From Spirochaetia bacterium (GTDB lineage Bacteria; Spirochaetota; Spirochaetia; DSM-2461): DNA of 64,000 nucleotides. Numbering within the stretch: the first letter of the stretch is position 1; each line of letters begins with the position of its first letter. This document shows, piece by piece, positions 57,794 through 64,000 of the stretch. Both the position numbers and the translations under genes were made by a program. The notes below the pieces were generated by a model. That model did no database searches. It saw nothing but the letters and a program-made list of their open reading frames with translations, and was not told where the DNA came from. Location of the stretch: assembly GCA_963666985.2 (NCBI GenBank), contig CAXXIA010000002.1, positions 768,001-832,000 of the forward strand. The letters are read 5' to 3'.

Positions 57794-60104
57794 CAGCCCC
57801 CTCCTTCTCCATGAGGAGCATGCGGGTCGCGACGAGATCCTTCGAGAACGGAAGCCGGCGCATACGGATTCCCGCGGCATGAAACAGGGCGTTTCCCACT
57901 CCGGGAGCGGCCAGTTCCACGCCGACTTCGCCGATTCCTTTGGCCCCGTAAGGACCGGTACTGAAATCCTCTTCGAATATCCGAAGGTCGAACTCCGGCA
58001 CGTCCGAGACCGAAGGCATGAGGTAAGACCCGAAACTCGTGTTCTTCACCAAGCCTTCGGAGGTTCGCAGATCTTCACTGAGCGCATACCCCAGACCCTG
58101 AACATAGCCGCCGATGAGCTGCCCCCGAACAATGTCGGGATTGACGGCTCTTCCCAGCTCATAAGCCAATGTCACCTTGGAAACCGTGATGGAGCCGGTG
58201 AAGGTATCCACTTCCAGTTCCGTCAGAGACAGCGCGCTCAAATAGGCCGGATAACAATTTCCTTGTCCGGTTTTCGGATCGATATGAACGGTTCCCGGAT
58301 TAAACCAGCCCCGGCCGGAGAATCCCAAGCCTTTCGAGTTGGTGAGCAAAGACACCGCTTCATCGAATCCCATGCTGAGCGAACCGTCGGCCGAACGAAA
58401 CACTTCGCCGTTTAACACGGCGGTGCCGCCGGGGATTTTCCAATGGTTCTCCAGACCTTCCAGAAGCTGCCGCTTCAAGTCTTCCGAGGCCATGAGTATC
58501 GCCATACCGCCGGCCGAAAGCCCGCGGGAAGCCACGGTGGGACCGGCATCGGGAACGCAGGAGGTATCCGTTTCGGCCATTCGAATCCGTTCGAGCCCCA
58601 CACCAAGGGCCTCGGCCGCGACCTGTGCATGCGAAGTCCGCAGGCCCTGCCCCATGTCCACCATGTCCGAATGGACGAGAATCGATCCGTCTTTCTCCAG
58701 GATCATTCGGGCTCCGGCGACGTCGAATCCCTCGCCTCCGAGTCCGCAGCCCCGATACCCGGCAGCCAGCCCCAATCCCCGTCTGTATCGGCCTTTGCGT
58801 GCGTTGAAATCCTCGAACTCGGCCTTTTTTCGGACGTATTGCCCTCTTTCGAGCACATCGTCCAGCATCGCTTCCAAAGGAAGAACCATTTCTCCGGGAC
58901 CCACGGCCTGACCGCTGGTTATCACGTCTCCGGGACGGACGAAATTGATTCTTCGGAATTCCGCCGGATCCATCCGGGCCGCATCGGCCAGCTCGTCGAT
59001 GCAGCTTTCCACCGCGAAACTGTTCTGAGGCGCGCTGAAGCCTCTGTACGCTCCGGAATACGGCGTATTGGAATAATAGGCCTGAACTTCCGTGCGAACG
59101 TTTGGAGTTCGATACGGCCCGGCCGAGTGAACCGCCAAACGCCAATTGGCAAACATGGCCTGGTTGTTGTAAGGTCCGCCTATCGTATCGACCTGATTTT
59201 TCCAGGCGGTTATCCGGCCGTCTTTCGAACATCCGACGGTCAAACGGAAACGGTACGGATGACGCTTCACACCCGCCCTGAACACATCCGAGCGGCTCAT
59301 GCGCATCCGGACCGGACGGCCGATTTTCCGATGAAGAACGGCCGCTCTGGCCGCAAGCACCATGGCGGTTTCATTCTTACCGCCGAAACTGCCGCCGATG
59401 GCGGTCTGGACAACCCGAACCTTGTTCGCGGGCCATCCCAGAGCGGCGCAAACCGAACCTCGGATCGAATACACGTTCTGAATGCATCCGTATATCACGA
59501 TTCCGCCGGTAATCGAATCCTCCCCGGCAACAACGCAGTCGGGTTCCAGATACCCGTTCACGGCGAAAGAGGTATTGTATTCGGACTCAAGGACGATATC
59601 CGCCCGCTTCAATCCCTCTTCGACGTCTCCGGCGTATTGAGGATAGAACGTGTTCTCCATCGTATTATCCGGCCGGTCGGGATGAACCGGGGAGATTTCG
59701 CATGCCTGAGCATCCTCCAGGGAGTACACGCCCGGGAGGATTTTGTAATCCACGCGGATCTTTCCCAAAGCCCTGCGGGCGATTTCCTCGGTTTCCGCCG
59801 CCAAAACGGCGACGGCATCCCCCGTGTATCTGACCTCTCCGTCGGCCAGAACCGGAAAACGGCCGAACAGACTGTTGCTTCCGGGAACGTCTTTCGCCGT
59901 AATGATTCCCAAAACTCCCGGCTCCGATTCGGCCTCTTTGCAATCGATGCCGAGGATGACGGCCCGGGGATGCGCGGGATACAGAGGAAGAGCGGCGACT
60001 TCCCGATGAAGCCTGAAATCATCGGCATAGCGGGTTTTCCCCAAAACCTTCGCTTCTCCCTCCAAACGACGCTTAGATTGATGAACAACCGAGAATGATT
60101 CCAT
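57780..60104 (-). CDS. Xanthine dehydrogenase-family molybdopterin-binding subunit
   Basis: GGSFGGK, AYRGFSAPQ, DMGQG, TVASR, GQLIGG, GAKGIGE. Confidence 0.93.
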   Translation of the reverse strand: MESFSVVHQSKRRLEGEAKVLGKTRYADDFRLHREVAALPLYPAHPRAVILGIDCKEAESEPGVLGIITAKDVPGSNSLFGRFPVLADGEVRYTGDAVAVLAAETEEIARRALGKIRVDYKILPGVYSLEDAQACEISPVHPDRPDNTMENTFYPQYAGDVEEGLKRADIVLESEYNTSFAVNGYLEPDCVVAGEDSITGGIVIYGCIQNVYSIRGSVCAALGWPANKVRVVQTAIGGSFGGKNETAMVLAARAAVLHRKIGRPVRMRMSRSDVFRAGVKRHPYRFRLTVGCSKDGRITAWKNQVDTIGGPYNNQAMFANWRLAVHSAGPYRTPNVRTEVQAYYSNTPYSGAYRGFSAPQNSFAVESCIDELADAARMDPAEFRRINFVRPGDVITSGQAVGPGEMVLPLEAMLDDVLERGQYVRKKAEFEDFNARKGRYRRGLGLAAGYRGCGLGGEGFDVAGARMILEKDGSILVHSDMVDMGQGLRTSHAQVAAEALGVGLERIRMAETDTSCVPDAGPTVASRGLSAGGMAILMASEDLKRQLLEGLENHWKIPGGTAVLNGEVFRSADGSLSMGFDEAVSLLTNSKGLGFSGRGWFNPGTVHIDPKTGQGNCYPAYLSALSLTELEVDTFTGSITVSKVTLAYELGRAVNPDIVRGQLIGGYVQGLGYALSEDLRTSEGLVKNTSFGSYLMPSVSDVPEFDLRIFEEDFSTGPYGAKGIGEVGVELAAPGVGNALFHAAGIRMRRLPFSKDLVATRMLLMEKEGADELL

Positions 60105-60107
60105 AAA

Positions 60108-61187
60108 TCACGCTCCATCCCGGACCAGTTCCAGTTTATTTTCGGGACAAGAGGCCGCGCAGAGACCGCATCGGCGGCACAGCATCGGCTCGACGGCGAT
60201 GGTGCCGCCATTTTGGCTCAAGGCGTTATAAGGACAGCGCTTCACGCAGAGTCCGCACATTCGGCAGGGTCCGGAATAAACCAAACGCTTCGGTTGGGCA
60301 CCCGATGCGGAAACAAGATTCGGCAGAGCCGCTCCTTTTGCCGCCTCCAAGGAGGAATAACCCAATTCATGAAGAAGCCGGTCGAGTTCCCGATCGAGTT
60401 TCCCGAGAATCTCCGGACCTTTGAGCATGGGAAGAGTGCAAACGCCGACGGCCGAAGCTCCGGCCATCACCATTTCCAGGGCGTCTTCGGCCCCCATAAC
60501 GCCTCCCAGTCCTATCACAGGCTTCTCGGTCCGCATGGCGATTTCCGCCACGTAACGCAGAGCCAGAGGCTTTATCGCCGCGCCCGTCAGCCAGCCCATC
60601 CCGTTCTCACCGGCCACGGAGGCCCGTGCCGTACGGATATCGACGGACAGAACCGGTCCCAAGGAATCCATCGCGGTTATTCCGTCGGCACCGTTCTCGA
60701 GCGCGTCCAGAGCGGTCTTCACCGGATTCTCCCAGTTCGGGCTGATTTTCACCAAAACCGGTTTGTCCGTACGTTCCTTGGCGGCGCGAACCATCGGAAC
60801 CATGGTTTCACCGTTATAGGAAACCAGTTCGAACATCGGAGCCCCGGCCCTCTCCATTACCGGAATCAGCTTTTCCGCTTCTTCCGGAGTATGACCGATG
60901 CTGACGATTATCCGGGCGCCGGCCTCCAGGGCCCTGGGAAGCTCTTCCTCGGCCCACCGTTCTCCGCCGAAATCCGACCATTGCTCGCTGTTGATCATGG
61001 ATTGACGGGAAAGAGGAGCGATATGAGGTTCCGGATTCACCGCCGGTTCGTTCCGAATGGTTTTGGTTACCACGGCTCCGGCGCCCGAACGATGAAGGGC
61101 GATAATCCCGTCGGCGCCGTAGCTCAGCGGACCGGATCCGACAATGAGGGGAGATTGAAGCCTGCGGCCGAAAAATTGGATTTCCAT
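60108..61187 (-). CDS. Dihydroorotate/dihydropyrimidine dehydrogenase-like FMN protein with C-terminal 2x[4Fe-4S]
   Basis: GSGPLS, VTKT, VKISPN, GAAIKPLAL, IGLGG; two CxxCxxCxxxCP motifs. Confidence 0.85.
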   Translation of the reverse strand: MEIQFFGRRLQSPLIVGSGPLSYGADGIIALHRSGAGAVVTKTIRNEPAVNPEPHIAPLSRQSMINSEQWSDFGGERWAEEELPRALEAGARIIVSIGHTPEEAEKLIPVMERAGAPMFELVSYNGETMVPMVRAAKERTDKPVLVKISPNWENPVKTALDALENGADGITAMDSLGPVLSVDIRTARASVAGENGMGWLTGAAIKPLALRYVAEIAMRTEKPVIGLGGVMGAEDALEMVMAGASAVGVCTLPMLKGPEILGKLDRELDRLLHELGYSSLEAAKGAALPNLVSASGAQPKRLVYSGPCRMCGLCVKRCPYNALSQNGGTIAVEPMLCRRCGLCAASCPENKLELVRDGA

Positions 61188-61203
61188 AAGCAATGATCTC
61201 TTT

Positions 61204-61223
61204 TTTTGAAAGCGCTTTCAAAA
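61204..61223. promoter_or_regulatory. LacI-type operator
   Basis: Perfect 20-bp palindrome TTTTGAAAGCGCTTTCAAAA with central CG, 16 bp from the first gene of a LacI-containing operon. Confidence 0.85.
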
Positions 61224-61225
61224 CG

Positions 61226-61254
61226 AGAATAATGGAAAAGCCGCGGAGAGACAA
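61226..61254 (-). promoter_or_regulatory. sigma70 promoter of the catabolic operon
   Basis: Minus strand TTGTCT-N17-TATTCT directly upstream of the operator. Confidence 0.65.
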
Positions 61255-61597
61255 GTCAGCTCTCCTCTCGGCGTATTTTCATCGCTTAAAGGACATTTTC
61301 AATGACGCATTCACGCTTCCCATTATGCGTTCGGACGTATTTCCATCGTCCCAAAAAGAGCCGTCCGCCAAGGAAAAACCGCCCGTGAAGGAATCGTACA
61401 AAGCTGTATTTCGGATATCCGTTAAGATACCTCCCGGTAGGATTACAAGGAAAACATTAATTCCTCAAAGACGGAAACCGCCTCATCGAATCACATGAGA
61501 TTCGAATCTAGAACTCAACTAAAACCAATCTAAAAAAAGAATTACTCTTAAAAAAGTTCTATTTCATCCGAACTTTTTCCAATTCCGCTCGAACCGG

Positions 61598-61614
61598 GTG
61601 GCATCGTTTTTGCT
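61598..61614 (+). promoter_or_regulatory. sigma54 (-24/-12) promoter
   Basis: GTGGCATCGTTTTTGCT with exact GG-N10-GC spacing; AT-rich upstream tract. Confidence 0.7.
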
Positions 61615-61694
61615 TAAATGCTTTCAGTAAAGTTAAGGAGCAATAACCTGTTTATCCGATCGAACATCGAATCATTGAGTCATTCAATGTCTGA

Positions 61695-62450
61695 ATGAGT
61701 GAAGGAATCACCATGAAACCCATAAGAGTTACCAAGAAGCCCGAATATATAAGGAATTCGATACTCGAAATGATCCAAGACAACTCGTTTGATGGAAACC
61801 AGCTCCCCTCCGAGGATTTTCTCGCCAAAAAATTCGGCGTGAGTCTTGCAACCATCAGGGAAGCTCTTTTATCTCTTCAGAGCGAAGGATTTCTCCGCAA
61901 ACGTCACGGGTCCGGAAATTTCATTTATCGCAGCGTCCTCGACAGCTTCATGAGAATCGACAAGTTCATCGATTTCATCCAGCTCTTGGAAGAAAGCGGT
62001 TATCACGTAACCGTCGATCAATCGGATCCGACCATCCTGGAGAACCTCTCCGATTCGGATCATTCCTGGATAAAAGAAACAGGCATGCAAAACCAAGGAG
62101 AAATCGTCAATTACAGCCGGACCTTCTCCGCCGACGGAGAACCGGCGATATACGCCAACAATTACGTCCCGAAAAGGCATTTCCAAGTTCCTTTGGAAAA
62201 AGTCGGGAAAACCGAACGGCTCGCCGACTACATCTGGTCCTACTGCGGAAAAGAACTGGCTCATGCACTCCTGAACTTCGTTCCCATAACGGCTCGGAAA
62301 GACGAAGTCGACTTATTCTCCGTTCCCAAAGGCGAGCCAATGATTACATGGAGGGAAGTCTTCTACACACTCGACGATATCCCCATTTGCTGCTCCCGGG
62401 TTTCATTCAACCCGGAAATCATGAAGCTGCGAATGCTGTGGAAATGCTGA
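61695..62450 (+). CDS. GntR (HutC/UTRA) family regulator; alternative start 61713
   Basis: LPSEDFLAKKFGVSLATIREAL..L..EG..RHGSG; UTRA-like R.FSADGEP. Confidence 0.9.
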   Translation: MSEGITMKPIRVTKKPEYIRNSILEMIQDNSFDGNQLPSEDFLAKKFGVSLATIREALLSLQSEGFLRKRHGSGNFIYRSVLDSFMRIDKFIDFIQLLEESGYHVTVDQSDPTILENLSDSDHSWIKETGMQNQGEIVNYSRTFSADGEPAIYANNYVPKRHFQVPLEKVGKTERLADYIWSYCGKELAHALLNFVPITARKDEVDLFSVPKGEPMITWREVFYTLDDIPICCSRVSFNPEIMKLRMLWKC

Positions 62451-62639
62451 CGAAGGAGGTACACCGAGGCGTAAGGAAACCCGCAGGAAAACCGGAATGC
62501 GCCGCTTTTCCTTTCGGACGGCGGAAAATCATTTTCCCGCTTATTACGGATTTCTTCATTATTGATCGTTTCGCAAAGGACTTGATGGAGAAAATATTCC
62601 AAAGTCGCCATCGGCGGCAAGCACTAAGTGAGGATTTTT

Positions 62640-63938
62640 ATGTGCTTTAACAAAACGGCTCTTATCACAATCACGATACTTATTCTGTCGGTTCAGGCCA
62701 TCTTCGCCGGAGGAAGCTCCGACGACGCCACCAATGAAATTACAATCTGGACAAAATACAATTCGGAGAATCCCGAGAACAACCGCGACAAATGGATGAA
62801 AAACACCATCGATGTCTATCTGGAAGAAACGGGCAACTCCATCAACAACATCTTCGTTCCCTACGATCAAATCAACAGCAAGCTCAATGTCGCGGTATCG
62901 GCGGGCGCGGAAGTTCCCGATCTTTCCTACATCGACAGCCAACAGCAGGCTTTTTACATCAGCAACGCGACTCTCATGGACATCACGAAACTCGTGAAAG
63001 GCTCCACCTGGTACGATGAAATAAGTCCCAGGGCTCTGGGCGCATGCACGGCTCCCGACGGAACCGTCCTGGCCGTTCCCCTCAACATCGGAACGAGGGT
63101 CAGCTACGTCTGGAGTGAAGCCTGGCCGAACGGATTCCCGAGCACCGTCTCCGGATTCCTTACGGAAGCCGAACGCCTTAAGGGTGAAGGGCTCTATGCG
63201 ATGTCCTTCAAAGCTTCGGAAAAATATGGAACCGAAGGCTTGTACTACGGTCTGGTTAAAAGTTTCGGCGGCAGCTACGGAGATGCCGAAGGAAAGGCGG
63301 CCTGGGCCAATCCGGAAACCGTCAAGGTCCTCGAGTTCCTGAGAACTCTTTTTGCGGAAGGATATGTTCCCGAAATCGACTTGGCACCCGGTTTCGACAA
63401 CGAAAGGCCGTTTGTTCAGGGTGACGCGGTTTCCTTCGCCGGGATTTCCTGGTCTTATGTCTACATGAATCCTCTGACGGCTCCCGATGGAACAATCATC
63501 GATAAAGGTTCCAATTCCATCGCGACCGCCGTGGAAATGGGCAAAATGGACGTTGCTCCCTACCTGGCCGCAGACGGCGGTGAGCCCGTAGCGGCTTTAA
63601 CCAGTTCCGCTTTGGCGATTCCCGAGGGTGCCGAAAACATCGACGGTGCTCACGCTTTCATCGATTGGCTTATGAATCCCTCCCGGAACGCCGAATGCGC
63701 CGAGGCCTTCGGCGGACTTCCGTCGATTATTTCCGCTCAATCCGATGCGCGATTCCAGACTCCGTATTGGAAAAAAGTGGCTGAAATAACGGAGAAATAC
63801 GGAACCGCTTATCCCTCTCTCGTCGATTACGACAAAGCGTTAACCAAGCTGGCGCAGACCTTCGAAGAGATTCTTTCCAACCCGGAACTCGACATCATGG
63901 AAAGTCTCCGGACGGCCCAGCAGGAAATAAACCAATAA
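62640..63938 (+). CDS. ABC transporter solute-binding protein (carbohydrate/nucleoside, family 1)
   Basis: Signal peptide ending IFAGG, ITIWT, PDLSY, AVPLN, AFIDWL; GAGGA RBS. Confidence 0.88.
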   Translation: MCFNKTALITITILILSVQAIFAGGSSDDATNEITIWTKYNSENPENNRDKWMKNTIDVYLEETGNSINNIFVPYDQINSKLNVAVSAGAEVPDLSYIDSQQQAFYISNATLMDITKLVKGSTWYDEISPRALGACTAPDGTVLAVPLNIGTRVSYVWSEAWPNGFPSTVSGFLTEAERLKGEGLYAMSFKASEKYGTEGLYYGLVKSFGGSYGDAEGKAAWANPETVKVLEFLRTLFAEGYVPEIDLAPGFDNERPFVQGDAVSFAGISWSYVYMNPLTAPDGTIIDKGSNSIATAVEMGKMDVAPYLAADGGEPVAALTSSALAIPEGAENIDGAHAFIDWLMNPSRNAECAEAFGGLPSIISAQSDARFQTPYWKKVAEITEKYGTAYPSLVDYDKALTKLAQTFEEILSNPELDIMESLRTAQQEINQ

Positions 63939-63948
63939 CCGATTCGAA

Positions 63949-63982
63949 AACAGGCGGGAAAGCGTTTCGTTTCCCGCCTGTT
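63949..63982 (+). other. Strong hairpin after the SBP gene (mRNA-stabilising or attenuating)
   Basis: AACAGGCGGGAAA-loop-TTTCCCGCCTGTT, 13-bp stem with no long U-tract. Confidence 0.65.
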
Positions 63983-64000
63983 GCGACGAAAATAATAAAG

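Noticed and set aside
58443..60098. 551-aa plus-strand ORF, and similar long ORFs at 9826, 16235, 24654, 32365 and 43039
   Set aside because: Antisense shadows of well-supported genes in GC-rich DNA, with no recognisable motifs.
51331..61187. Selenocysteine recoding in the Xdh/YgeY cluster
   Set aside because: All ORFs appear full length without in-frame TGA, and no selenium accessory genes are seen in the window.
61193..61498. 101-aa plus-strand ORF
   Set aside because: Overlaps the operator and promoter, has no RBS and no recognisable domain.

Overview
GC-rich bacterial chromosomal segment, most likely from a free-living spirochaete. This is inferred from protein style: 'IFAGG'-type solute-binding signal peptide, FabV, Bat operon and a Treponema-like OmpA protein. 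No rRNA, tRNA, CRISPR array, transposase or phage genes were recognised. In order, the window contains: partial argA, a PleD-like diguanylate cyclase, outer-membrane barrels, HTH-less NadR, several flavoenzymes and adenine deaminase; a fabH-fabD-fabG-fabF-fabZ-fabV fatty-acid operon without acpP, followed by a TetR gene; sigma54-driven hsp20, a GH36 protein with substituted catalytic residues and hslO; an acyltransferase/Zn-ribbon membrane pair; a putative sigma28 operon including an OmpA protein; dksA, infA, a MoxR-Bat operon, argJ, rmuC, clpP, era with a long insertion and a STAS-HATPase fusion. The last 13 kb hold a LacI-controlled heterocycle-catabolic operon (DHOD-like flavoprotein, XdhABC-type Mo enzyme, SsnA-like, D-aminoacylase-like, YgeY-like), divergent from a sigma54 GntR plus ABC transporter unit. 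The most notable unexplained items are this catabolic operon, whose enzymes have non-canonical active sites, and a 5x33-bp hairpin array with compensatory base changes inside the fab operon. All protein assignments come from motif recognition by eye, not database searches.
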